This document shows positions 1 to 14,652 of a stretch of 64,000 nucleotides of DNA, in pieces. Where the stretch lies: assembly GCA_004022145.1 (NCBI GenBank), contig RCNU01000001.1. One strand, given 5' to 3'. How positions within the stretch are numbered: position 1 is the stretch's first letter; each line of letters opens with the position of its first letter. The translations under genes and the position numbers were made by a program. A model generated the notes under the pieces. That model saw only the letters and a list, made by a program, of their open reading frames with translations, made no database searches and had not been told where the DNA came from. The stretch is from Paecilomyces variotii (Eukaryota).

Positions 1-847
1 CGGATGGTTCTCTGCCGTTGCCTGCGACACGCATAAGCATAACTTCAGCCACGCCCAATTTCCCCGCATTTTCCTATACTAGGACCAGTGGAATTTTGGC
101 CCCATGCTACACGAAATCATTATTAGTAACGGAAAGTAGTTAAGTATCCATTCAGATACAAGCCTTGCTTGTTTGAATACGATGACATAACGAGTTACAC
201 TCATCATGCTGTGCAGCAACAGATATCACTACAAATAATAAGCAAGAGAAGCTAAAGGCCTAATCCAATGTATGCGTCACCAAAAGGATTGGCCCCAGAA
301 AATACGAGTTCAGCTGCGGTGTAATTAAGGTTTTAGATGGTTATAGTAAAGATCGCTCTTATGGGACGCCTGGTTTTAGTGTGCTTAGACGACGTCGAGC
401 GTTGAGTGGTTCCTGAATTTCAAGATAGTTCCTGAAATTTAAAAGTGACGCTCATCTCTTCATATGCCGCTATAGAAATCATTAATGACAGCATAATATC
501 TGAATATTTGTTGAATTCGAAAATAGTGAGGCGAGTCTGCTTTTTTCCAGGACTAATTGGATAATTTACAAAACTACTACACTGCTTCGCTGCTCACTTT
601 AGTACAGCAATTCTTTCTGACTCATGTCGGTATATCTCCAAAAGTTACACTGCATGAAGGATTCTGAGCTGGAAACGTAAAGCTGAACTTTGAAAGCAGT
701 TATACGAGGTGATCAACAAATGCCCCTTCTCTTGCGGTATTACGAGGCTGTGTTGGCGAGGACATCAGGCGTCCAACGAGCTGCGTTGCAACGTATTGAT
801 CGTAGAAATACTCAAGTTGATTAGGATTAAATCTAAGGGACCGGGGA

Positions 848-854
848 TATAAAA
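848..854 (+). promoter_or_regulatory. TATA box of the small secreted protein gene
   Basis: TATAAAA about 130 nt upstream of ATG 986. Confidence 0.6.
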
Positions 855-985
855 GGGGGGATGAATCCGCTTCTATCTGGAGTCTTCATCAATCCATCAG
901 CATCAGTCTCCATTCACATCGCAATCAATATCATTACGAGAGCTTTATCTCAATTTCAAATCCATATATATACATCATCGTCACA

Positions 986-1338
986 ATGGTCAAGATCGCC
1001 ATCCTCCCTCTCGCCGCGTTGGCTGCTTTTCCTCCCCTTGTCGCTGCAAACAACTGCAAAACCGGTCTGAACTACTGTGGTTACAACCTCTTGAACATCG
1101 GTACGTGAAACTCTCATTTGGTCCGTCTCGACTCCTCTGACGACACATTTATCAATTAGGGAATTACGGAGCCCAGATCAACGAAGCCCTCGAAAACGCC
1201 CACCAGCCTACTGACGACGCCCACATCCATGAGTCCCTCTTCCACTGCAATGGTGGAGAAAATGGAGATATTACCTTCCAGACCTACTGCACCAGCGGTT
1301 GCAAGGATGGTGGCAGCGGCAGAAGTGACTACTGCTAA
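986..1338 (+). CDS. Small secreted cysteine-rich protein (97 aa, 6 Cys)
   Basis: Manually spliced: exon 986-1100, intron 1101-1159 (GTACGT...CTGAC...TAG), exon 1160-1338. Product MVKIAILPLAALAAFPPLVAA-NNCKTGLNYCGYNLLNIGNYGAQINEALENAHQPTDDAHIHESLFHCNGGENGDITFQTYCTSGCKDGGSGRSDYC. Hydrophobic signal peptide. Absent from the ORF track. Confidence 0.9.
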
Positions 1339-2171
1339 ATGCTTGGCGGTACATTGTTCTCATCAGGGAATGTAAGGACTAAAACGAATTGAGAAAAAGG
1401 GTCGAAGGAGGCTCTAGAGGAGGTGGTAAAGGCTATGGGTAGCTGGATTTGCAACGGAATCAGCGTGCAACTCCTGTATGAGGGGGGAAAAGGCGCCATT
1501 CTCTGAGGAAAAGTATATCCTTGCATGGGCTATTTGTCGAGCTTGATTCGAATGACATACCAAATATAACAGACAAATCTCCAAATGAATGACCTCGAAT
1601 AAGTGTTGATAGACAATTTCGTACCCTCCGGCCAGTGAGACGCCGAATCCTGCACTGAGAATCTTAGGCACTAGGTATGGATATATGTTCATTATAAAAT
1701 ATATGTCAGGGGTACCTCCTAGACTACTTGCCCAAAAAGAAAAGGTTCATGGTTGTTGAGGCTTTTTGATATTCTGTCCTATATATTATAGGTAACTCCA
1801 GGGGAAGCTCTGGTGTAAGAGATCTATAAACGCAACGCTACATCATATGCGGCAGAGCTAAGATAAGATACCCGAAGTAGCTTCATAAAAGCGGTAATAT
1901 CGTATTTTGAATCACCCACTTTGAGATCCGGGAGAAAATGCAGAGATATTTGCCAATGCACAATGCTGAACAGAGCCCTGGCGCTCAGTAATTGAAATGC
2001 TAGAATCATCTGCACCCTCACCTGGCTCAGACGACACATTAGGCTGTTCCTTCAATGGCTTCGATGGGTATTGGAAACATCGACATGACGAATGCAACAA
2101 TAAAACACACTGGCCAATCGTCCTTACGTATAGTAGCTGGTGAAGATTTGTGAAGCTGGCATTCAATGAGG

Positions 2172-3716
2172 TTATTCATTTATTTTCGGATGGGCGATTG
2201 GTGCGCCTTCAACGCTGCCCCGACGGCCCCAGTTCATCGGCTGTCTTCGAAGGAACGCTCCTACAGCGCCCAGGTAGCCCTCATGCCGCAAGAAGTATGC
2301 TTGTTTTTCGCCCTTCGACCAGAATCTTATCGCATATGACAAGGTATTCATCGTCTGGGGATGGCCCCGGATGAATGATCCGCCGAAGTATATGTGCTTG
2401 ACTTCGTGCTTCTCTGACTGGAGGTACGAGATCTGACCAATGTTGTTACTGGGAATCGTCAGTCACATGGAACGTCCAAGAAAGCGGAGAGAATAGAAGA
2501 CATACCTTATGGCGTAAAGTAGGCTGCGACTCATGTCCTCGTGGCTGAATTTGGCACCACGATCATTTCCTGGGTCAGCGTCACTTTGGATGAGGCCCTC
2601 CCCATCCTCAGCTTCACGCTCGGCTGCTCTCTTCATTCTGAAGACCTTTCCGAATGTGCTAGCGATCGCGGTGCTCTTCAGTCCGATCTTGTTGTAATCC
2701 ATCCCGTATATGTCTCCAACAAGCATATCAACACCGCTGTTGTCCCCTCGGTCTGCCATCGCTAACATCTCATCAAATGACCTCGCACCTGTCAACAAAG
2801 ACATAATGCCCCAGAATGTACCTCCACCCAGATGCGTTCCACCGACACGTTGGAATTGCCTTGGGCCAGACACCTTGATCATTGATACTCCGGACCCGAT
2901 ATTTACCAGAAGGTATGGATAAACGTCCGGTCGCGCTTCCGCAAATTTCATAGGGTGTGTTTCGCTGTAGGTGAAGACCTCATTGGGAATTTCAGTGATG
3001 AAGAAGTCAAGACCTATACATTAGTCAGTACGTGTACCATGCGCCTTTCGAAACCGACATACCGGTAATAAGGCATTCCATTTCATCTTCCCGAAGAACG
3101 TTGACGTTCAATACCTCTCTCAACTTATCGTAATATTTGTATGCCCCTCCACCTGTAGCGACAACGCACAATTCCTCGGATCCATCGAGCTTCTCATGTT
3201 CCTCTTTGAGCTGCTTGATAAAATCAATGCAGAGGTCTATCCGAGCGGTTTCGAAATTGATAAAATTCAAGCGACCGCCATTGTCAGCAGAGTCCAGCTC
3301 CCGTGTGAAATAGACCAATTTAGCGAGCGATCCTCCAATCTGTAATCCCAAGGCGCATTGTCAGCATAGTTCCTGTAGTTTCTTGCAGTTCACATGGAGA
3401 AATGTGCTGATTGCGGGGAGAATCCGTTGTGCGGGGAACAGAGAAAACTTACATCCACCGCAACATGGCTCACCAGGCCCGTATGATGCGGTAGCCTGAT
3501 GTCTTTATTTTCGTAGTGAACGCCCTCACTTTCGATGGGGCTCTTGGAGGAGGAATCCTCATCGAGGATGAAGGCCCCCTCGACGTTGATCTTGACGCTT
3601 CCCGGATTTGAAATTGCGTCCTCGAGACGGCCGACGCGATCATCGTGCGACATGTCGGTCGCGTGCCTCAGTCCCGCAGGGTCGAGATCGGCGGAATTGC
3701 GGTTCGAGACTGACAT
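2172..3716 (-). CDS. CAB1: Pantothenate kinase, eukaryotic type II (fumble family), multi-exon
   Basis: Motifs [97 protein letters not shown] across ORFs 3390-3911, 3025-3351, 2463-2951 and a last exon ending at stop 2172-2174. Start at ATG 3716 is inferred. Confidence 0.95.
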
Positions 3717-4341
3717 ATTCACGTCGTCCTCCCTCAGTCGGTAGCATGGAAGTCGTCGTCTTGGGGCAAAACATCTCGGGCCAGCTTTGTGTTGCCGTCT
3801 GACTGAGCGGAGGGCTGCGATCGCCGTGCCCACGCTTACGGCGTATATCTCCTTCTGCCCGTTTCTGGCGGGTGAACCGAGGATACAACGTTGGGGAACC
3901 CCATATTTCACCCGAGAATCTATTGCAGTGATCTCTCCAGCGTTGATTTTACAGTTCTTTGTCCAGAACTGAGCTGTTTTGAGTTGTCCTCAGTGTGGGA
4001 GGTAGAGCTGTGACGGATATTTAGCATCCAGGCGATGATCACGACATTTGTGGTTGCAATAGCCGGCAGCCACTCACGCCATTCATTGCTCCTTGAGCGA
4101 GTAGACATATAATTACTCGTTTGTAGGAGTCGAGCGTCATGATTTCTTCATAGTTATCTCTTGATATATCGTGGAATATCAAACCCCCTTTCTGAGCTGA
4201 CTATTATATTCATTGTACGTGCTAAATATTGCCTTGGCTTTCTATCATATATAACAGCAATCCCAACCTCTGTGCCGGGCTACTAGTTAACTATTGGCTG
4301 GAGCATGAGCTATTACCTGAATCTCAAAATCTAGTCGAGAA

Positions 4342-5070
4342 CTACATACTCACCACGCATAATAATAGGCCACATTTAATAGACCCAGAGCAGCCCCGTA
4401 TAAGGACAGCTTTCTGGGCATAGTGAAAGACTTCTGCCAAGCTGAGTTCCGAGTGGCTCTGTTTCAACGTGCCAATAGATTGTCCAAGCAAGAATTCCGT
4501 TGCAGAATCAATCGTACAACGAACGAATAGTTCCTGCAAGTCCAGAGACAGTAGCCATCTACTCTTAGAACTGGATCTTGACAACGACTATGGACAGATC
4601 ATTCCTTCTAGCGGGGACTACAAGAGTAGCTAAGTATTTTAATTTGTTTCAGGATCCAATGAATAGGATTTACATTCGCCAGAAGTTCAAAGGTTTTAGC
4701 AATTATTTATATTGCTCCTTGCATCTCCGCCGTGAGACACTGAGAAAGTCAAGTTCCCGTTTATAAGAGCATTCCAATATAGCTAATTTAGATAGCTCTG
4801 GAGCCTGTGTAGAGATGGACTAAGGGGTGATATTGTACTTCTTGAAGATCAGGATCCGAAGTTAGCGATCATCCTTTAAGAATGTTTCCATTGTATCAGT
4901 AGATGCGTCCAGATTCAACGGAGAAGCAGCCAGGTGAGAGCTTTGAAGACCATGTCGTTCCATGGAGGTGTCATTGATCGGTGATTATGTATGTGAAATA
5001 TCCATATCAAATGATCCGAGTACAATTGCTCTCGATAGCACGGCATATTATATGGAAGATTGACTTCGCA
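4342..5070 (-). pseudogene. Decayed CYP52-like cytochrome P450 fragment
   Basis: ORF 4342-4584 contains LDLQELFVRCTIDSATEFLLGQSIGTL...LAEVFHYAQ, resembling the CYP52-clan 'DLQxLFFRxTxDSATEFLFG' segment. Flanking sequence gives only broken, stop-ridden traces. Boundaries approximate. Confidence 0.55.
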
Positions 5071-6113
5071 AGATCTTGTCACCAGTTAGATGGTTATTTC
5101 TTTTGGCTGTTTAAATGTATTTCTTTGCAGCTTCGATTAGTTCTCCTCGATTGATAGAGCATGACATTAGCCTCGATACGATCCATTTCTTGTGGCCACA
5201 CAAGAAGCCAGTGACCACTGCTCCTCATATTTGCCATTGTAGTCTATTTAAGTTCATTTTGGCATAACTGCTTTGAGACTGATTCCAGGCGCGAAGTAAT
5301 GTGATAATGTCAGATGTGATACTGTTGTGATCTTGCTCTTTAAGATAGTCTTAGGCGGCCTTTCCTTACCTGCTCAAAGATAAGGCAGTGAATGAGCACT
5401 GAAAGTTCTTGAAGAGGATCACAATGGGTTCACTTGACGTGAAATAGCAAAGATGGTCTTTGAGGCAAATGTGTCTGTCTTCAGGTGGCCTCCCGCCGTG
5501 CCTCGTGTGCCTGCAGCTGCCCATGCGGCGGCGTGCCCGCACAACACAACACGTCTTGAGCCCCCCTCCCCCCTCTGGTTGTTTATTTTGCCATCTTCAC
5601 TTCTTCTTTTCCTTCTCTCCTCTTTTCCTTCCCTTCACTTCTTCTTCTAACCCTCCATCACTCTCTCCCCTTCCCCTCATCTCCGATAGTACACTTCGAG
5701 ATCTGGTCTCAAGACACGGTAAGTGCTCATATAACTTCTCCCCTCGATCACGAATCCCCTCATAGGCATCTATTCCACAAGTGAGTCTTGTCCATCTCCC
5801 TGAGTTGAGCAAGATTTCTTCATCAAATGCCCCTTGACATTTGGGATTATAGCCAACACTTATCATCCCTACCTGTCTTCCCTTATCTTTCCGTGACATC
5901 CTGGCGTGATATTGCTTCACCAAGGCTGCATACAGCACTACTGAAAGGTGTCTCTCAGTTGCTGTGTCAAGACCCTTCTAACAGGAGCGATTTTATCTTC
6001 ATCAGTCGCGTTGACTGCTCCCCCATGATCTGAGTTGAAGAATGCTACTTTGCTAACAACATTCTGCCAGAGCAGCTTGAGCGTTTTGCTCTTCGTATCC
6101 CAGAAAAAGAAAT

Positions 6114-8340
<2,227 letters not shown>

Positions 8341-9202
8341 TTCAAGGTTAGGGAAGCATCTCTGGCCCGGAAGTTGCAGAGCAAATTCACAGTGAAAGAA
8401 CTTTTCGAGGATGCAACTTACGATGGGTACATGAGCAGGGTGTGAGGACTCGGTGAGTCTTTGAGTTTGACTATTGTTCTACATGAATCTCAATATCACG
8501 GGTTTCTGGTGGTTTAGTTTGTGATTTGTCGTGTCTTATTTGACCATGAGATTTCGATTGTATGATGGCCTTGGAGAGGAGACATTACTATGGTGCCAGT
8601 CCGTCTGCTTGTGGCCGCTATGTTCGGATACTCAGTCTCCACCATGTTGGAAGGCAGAGATCTTCGCTGTGGGTTGGATGGACTGTTGCTCCTGTGGTTG
8701 TGTTTCCACTCATTGCTGCCGTCTAGTTTCCACAAAAAACTTCATGTTAGTCGAAAAAAGTTCAGATGATGTCGACGGGAGCAGCATTCCTGTCTAACTA
8801 AACGAAAAGCAAAAAAAGATCTTACATTCTCTTTCTATACATGCCCTCGTAGTCCGAAATATAAGTGCTTGAAGACAGTCTGTGTGCCTCCAGCTCGACA
8901 CATTGCTATATGATGAAGTGGTAGTTGTCACTCGCAAGAGTTTTAGATCGCACGTCCCTGTATCTCAGTCCTATGACCGAACTAGGAAGGCAGTTTCCCT
9001 TCTCTAATATTTGAGCATCGCGCCTGCTAGATGAAAAGTGAGAAGTCGCCCTTTTGTTTTCTTGACTGTCGGCCAAGGTCCATTGAACCTACTAAGTCAC
9101 CGTACACATCCGTACTTCTATAGCTAGGTCTCTCCATAATGATAGACGGCTGTTTTCCATGAATTACCTTCTGAGCAGCAGACTTACATCATTATCGACA
9201 AT

Positions 9203-10543
9203 ATGGAAGTTTTACGCCAGGGAGCGAGGAGAAGTCGTTCTGCTATGCTTCTCTTCTTCTGGATTTTACTGAAGGTCCTAGCGGATCATCAAACGGATGG
9301 GTTTGTAGTGGATACATTCAGTCGAGCAGATTCCAATAACCTCAATTCTTGGCATGGAACTGGAGAGCATATGCCTGTTCAGTATGGGGACAATTACGTT
9401 GAGCTCTCGCCTACTGATCCCGACCAAAATTATCACACCCAGTTTTCATCCTACTGCTTTGATATGGGACCCTACGATAATATGTATCTGCACGTTGTCT
9501 TCTCTGGGACCGACAAATTTAGTATTTCGTTCAACGAAAACAACGATCAGTGCGACCCACGCGTACGCCCTTACCCAGCTACATGGGATACGGTTGAGGC
9601 GGCACGATATGCCAGGGATGGTCATATATATGTACCGTTGTCCCATTTCGCCATCGACATGTCAAAAGCTCTCTCTGTGTCGTTCCATGGATTCTATACC
9701 CGCGAAAACGTGACCCTCTACAGAGTGGAAATCGTCCCCGAAGTGCCTCGATATTTTGAGATACCCCGAAAGCTGCCAAGTGGTACCATGGTGCTGAGAT
9801 GCCGACGACCAAATTCATTTGCATTTGGGATTGACGATGGACAACCAGAGTTTGCTCAAGAGGTAATGCAGATCATAGAGGAAGAGGGAATTCTGGTGAC
9901 CTTTTTCGTTGTTGGGACAGGCCTGATGACCAAAGACACCAATTTCACCGAGGTATATAGAGAGATGCTGAGGCGGGGTCATCAGATTGCGCTCCATTCA
10001 TATACGCATCCAAAGTACGTATGTCTCGCATAATTCGGTCTATTTTCTATAAGTGCTGACAACTACGGTAGGATGGAGAGCTTGCAGAGTATCCAGGAGA
10101 TCGATGAAGAAATTTTGAAGAGCATAGACGCTCAAGAAAATTTGTTAGGTGTCAGGTGTACGTCTTCTTCAACTCGAAGATAATCATCTGTTTTACCACT
10201 GACGCGGATGAGAGTCACAGCCCGCTATTTCCGCCCTCCTTTCGGAACCGTCGGATCCAGAACGCGACAGAGGCTCGCTGCGTTGATTCCTGACCCCTAC
10301 ATTGTCAATTGGAGCGTCGACATTGAGGATTGGCTGTACGCAGATTCAGATACACCGGAGAAACAGCTGGATGCCTTCAAGCGCGACGTGAGTCGAGGCG
10401 GGGATCTGGTTGTGATGCATTACCTGAGTCCTTCGACGGTTGGGTATTTTCGAGAGGTGATCCGTATCGCTAAGGCTACAGGAAAGAGAATCATGAGAGT
10501 AGATCAGTGCATGGATGACCCCGATGCCCCAGCGCTTCCCTGA
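9203..10543 (+). CDS. Probably secreted polysaccharide deacetylase (CE4/NodB) with an extra N-terminal domain
   Basis: CE4 motifs FGIDDG, HSYTHP, YFRPPFG, DIEDW and VVMH. Hydrophobic N-terminus LLFFWILLKVLA. Two introns near 10015-10071 and 10157-10220. Confidence 0.88.
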
Positions 10544-11326
10544 CCTGGAGAGAGTCTGGGGGAGATTATTTAACTGCGGTCTGAGCAGGAGTGGTTCTGT
10601 CGCGGCTCATCATGGATAGATGTTGCTGGCGGACTAACAACATCATAACTAGATGTTCGTTAGACTATACGATACGGACAAAGTCACAATTTTCGCTTCG
10701 TCAGTGTCACCGGTTATCTTGGGATAATTACTTCTCTGGATTATATTATTATTACGTTGACGCCTCGTTCTGCAGATTGCTCGTCCGTTCAAATCGTATG
10801 CCTGAGGATTACACCGGATGTGGATCTCTCAAGGTATGGTAGAGCAAAACTCCACCGTATACTTGGTACACTATATCTATTCGCTGGAATGTGCTGAGCT
10901 CGCCACTGAAAAGGAATGCTGAAAGAATCAACAGGATAACTAGCGGGTTGGTTTTGTTCCCTCTCCAGACAAACCGCTTCTCGTGGCCTTGTCACCGAGG
11001 GCGAGACAGTTGAAATCCACAAAGATATCATTATTTCGTGTTCGTGTCTTTATTGCCTTGTCTGCACACTCTCGATATCGGACGCTTGGACCACAAGTAT
11101 AGATCATTGCCAAGTACTCCGTACCGTCCCGGTAAATAATTAGTATCCGCGTCTTTTCTGTAAGTGCACTCAGTTGATACACATCCCGATGTCGCTTTAG
11201 TGAGAGCAACTCCTTTAGAAGAGCAGTAAGATGGCGTGACCAACTGGGTCTAGAACCACTGCTGGAGCTGGTGTGGCGTGTCCAATAATAATAACGGTGC
11301 TCTTGGTGCCATTTTTCGATTATAGA

Positions 11327-11374
11327 TACTCTGTACTCTGTACTCTGTACTCCGTACTCCGTACTCCGTACTCG
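11327..11374. repeat. Heptamer tandem repeat (TACTCTG)3(TACTCCG)3TACTCG
   Basis: Read directly from the sequence; intergenic. Confidence 0.9.
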
Positions 11375-12428
11375 AAGGGTTCTGGAGTATCGAAGAAACA
11401 GCGATCCTCTTTTGCAGGGGCCAGGAACGGCCAGTAGTGCTGACCAAGGGTCTTCTACTCCGTAGACGACAGTGAATTAATCATTATTAGTTAGTTTAGG
11501 TAGTTAGCCTGTAGACGATAACTTCACTCACAGATCCAGGAGAAAGAACGGGGGGAAATGCGACTCCTTAAAAACCGGTGGAGCAGTCGTGCGCAGAGAC
11601 GGGTTAGCGTGGAGATCCAAAGAGGAAGTATCAACGCAGGCCACATCATCGGTCCAGTTTCATGTCCACGCGCTCTCGGATAGGATCTTTCTAGTCTTCC
11701 TCTGCCGCCCATTCCTCTTGCTTGGCGCTTGTCAAACAAAAACACGCCTCTGCCGCCCTGGACGGTGACCTTGGAACGGATCTCCTGTTGAAATTTCAAC
11801 TGCTCTGGCTATGGCTGTGGACTGCTAAGCTCAACGCTCCCTTGCTTCGTCTTTCGGATTTGCTGTCCATACTCACGGAGACCCAGGGAAGCTGCGATCC
11901 AAGGGACCTAAAACACCCACCAGAAGAAGAGAAGAAAAAGAGCAAACCCAGGGCGTGATTGATCGAATACGGTTCGAGAGACTCCTTGGGATAATTACCG
12001 CCCACAGCGTTCTACTCCTAGACAGGTAGGCTGGAATGTCGATGAAAGTGTCTCGTTTTGGATCGCCATTGGACTTAGCGCCCGCGGCGGCGTAGACTCT
12101 CCCCCCTGGTTCGAGCGGTCCGCAACGTCAGTGAACGCGTTACTTGAAGCGTTTCAATTCGACTATTCTGATGCCCTTGCCCCCGACTGATCGTCTTAAG
12201 TAGATTGATGGTGGGTCGGTCGTTGAGCAGCGGATCAGGGACAGCGTGGTTTAAATACATTGGAGGGCCGGTCGATCGAGACGATCGGTATCCTGCTGCG
12301 TCGCCTGGACAAACATATATGCAACGAAGATGATATCCGGTGGACTCAGAGCTTGTCTCACTGTGTCATCGGCTCTTTTCTCTCAACCGTAACGCCCTTT
12401 TCCCCAGTCAGTCCTTCACAAAGTACAT

Positions 12429-13821
12429 ATGTACTCCCTACGGCGCCGTTCCCGTCGTTGGATTCCACTCGCTTCACCGTTTCTAGGATGCCTTTTCCTC
12501 TACTATCTTTTCGCCATCCGTTCGCTTCCGCGTGCCTTCTTCTCCCAGACTCTGGTTCTAGACCAGCAGGGTCACCACGACTCCGATGATGAGATCCGCT
12601 GCCCACCTCTACCGGGTATTGAAAATGTCTTGGTGGTCGTGAAAACCGGAGTCACAGAGGCAATGGAGAAGCTGCCGGTGCACTTCAACACGACCCTGAA
12701 GTGCATTCCCAACTACGTGATTTTCTCCGATTTCGAGGAAGACGTGGCCGGAGTCCATGTCCACGATGTGCTACGCAATGTCGACCCGATCGTAAAACAG
12801 ACGAACCCGGATTTTGAAATATACAACAGATTACAAAAACAGGGCAGGCAAGGCTTGAGACCGTTCGATCTGAGAGATGATGCCAACACACCAACGGGCA
12901 AGCCCAATAATCCAGGCTGGAAACTTGACAAGTGGAAGTTTTTGCCTATGGTCGATGAAGCGCTCAGCGCAAAACCGGATGCGAAGTGGTATGTGTTTAT
13001 GGAAGCCGACACGTACATATTCTGGTCCAATCTCATGCAATGGCTGTCAAAATTCGATGCGAGACAGCCGCACTATCTTGGAACGGAGACCCAGATAGCC
13101 GACGTGATCTTTGCTCACGGTGGGTCTGGATTCATGCTGTCTAATCCTGCGATGCGGAGAGCGTCCGAACAACGCGCAGCACATGCAGCGGAGCTGGATG
13201 AGTTCGTCAATATCCACTGGGCGGGTGACTGTGTGCTAGGCAAGGTATTGGCAGACGCTGGCGTCCCACTGCGCTTTACCTGGCCGTTGTTGCAAAATTC
13301 GAGGCTGGCCGAAGTGGACACGCTCACCACCGACTTCTACAGGAAACCTTGGTGTTTCCCTGCGGTCGGTTATCACCATATGTCTCCTGAGGAGATTGAG
13401 TTTATGTGGCGGTTCGAGCAGAATCGCTATCGAAAAGTGAGTTTCCTCCAACCCGCAGACACGTAGATCCCGGAGCCAATACTAATGTTGGCACTAGACA
13501 AACGATGCGCTGCTCCTGCACAGCGATATCTTCAGAGAAGTCATACATTACCAGATCGAGCTCGCGAACCCGCGTAGTGACTGGGATAATCTGTCTGGCG
13601 ACGAACATCCAACGTCGGGTTCCTTGGAAAACTGCAAGACTCGGTGTCAGAAAGACCTGCACTGCTTCCAGTACAGCTGGCGCGATGACCGGTGCTACAC
13701 GTCGAAGACGCCGAAGCTAGGCACGAGTAGTGTCGGCGCACAGTCCGCGTGGATGAGTGACCGGATCAACAACACCATCAAAAGGATGGGTACATGTCGC
13801 AAGGTCGACTGGGGGTTGTAG
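12429..13821 (+). CDS. Glycosyltransferase family 31 (Fringe-like) type II membrane protein
   Basis: N-terminal TM anchor; VVVKTG, GWKLDKWKFLPM, KWYVFMEADTY, FAHGGSG, WAGDCVLGK, YHH. Intron about 13436-13497. Cys-rich C-terminal exon (CKTRC...CFQY...C). Confidence 0.88.
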
Positions 13822-14652
13822 ATGAAGGCCCTCGTGGTTCTCGGGGGAACCTGTATACTAATTAGCGTCATGATCATTATAACAAATTCAACTGTAGATA
13901 TTTCGAGATCTCTTTATACCATGCTGTCTCCGTATACCTTTGATTATGACGACCTGATGTATCTCAGAGTTCTAGTTGCTGATATCACGATATCGTGTCT
14001 TTCTGGGCCAGCGATATTGATATCGATAACTAGCATAGCTCTGTTGCGTGCTAGTTTCGCACTGTCCACGGCTTATTTCTCTTGTCAGGAGTCGCACTAA
14101 AATCTTGACTGGACTGGGAAACTCGATATCTATGGGCACCGTTGACTGGCGCTAGTTGTATCGATAAGTACTGCGGCAAGCTGTGTGTGGTTGTGTCTCA
14201 CTTTTTGCGTGGCATTTACCCGATGGGTGGTGACTAGCTGGAGGGCCAGAGGCTGGCCCGACCGTTGCCACGATAAAGTGACTACAGCCACGCACCCGAT
14301 TCCCCGCCTCCGCATTATTGGATGGCGATCACAGAAGCTCCCGTCAAGACCTCTCCCAAGCCTCTCGACTCCTGGACCTTCTGTTTGCGATGTTGATCAG
14401 AGAACTAGTCAAATCAGAACTGTAATTCCTCATCAACTCTCGGGACAAACCTGGCTATCTAGCATATACCTCCAATAAGCCAGGCTGGCCTTGGTCTCGA
14501 GGACTCGACTCTCTTACGAGTAACTGGCGGTCTCTGTTTCCGGCCTGGCCTCCGCTTGCTATCGTGTCGACTTTACATTGTTTTATCTTGTCTATTTAAT
14601 CAAAACGCCGCTCGCTGACTTTGCGATCTGATTTGATACGATCTGGCAAAAT

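Noticed and set aside
11327-11374. CRISPR-like or telomeric array
   Set aside because: Simple 7-mer tandem with no spacers, and not TTAGGG.
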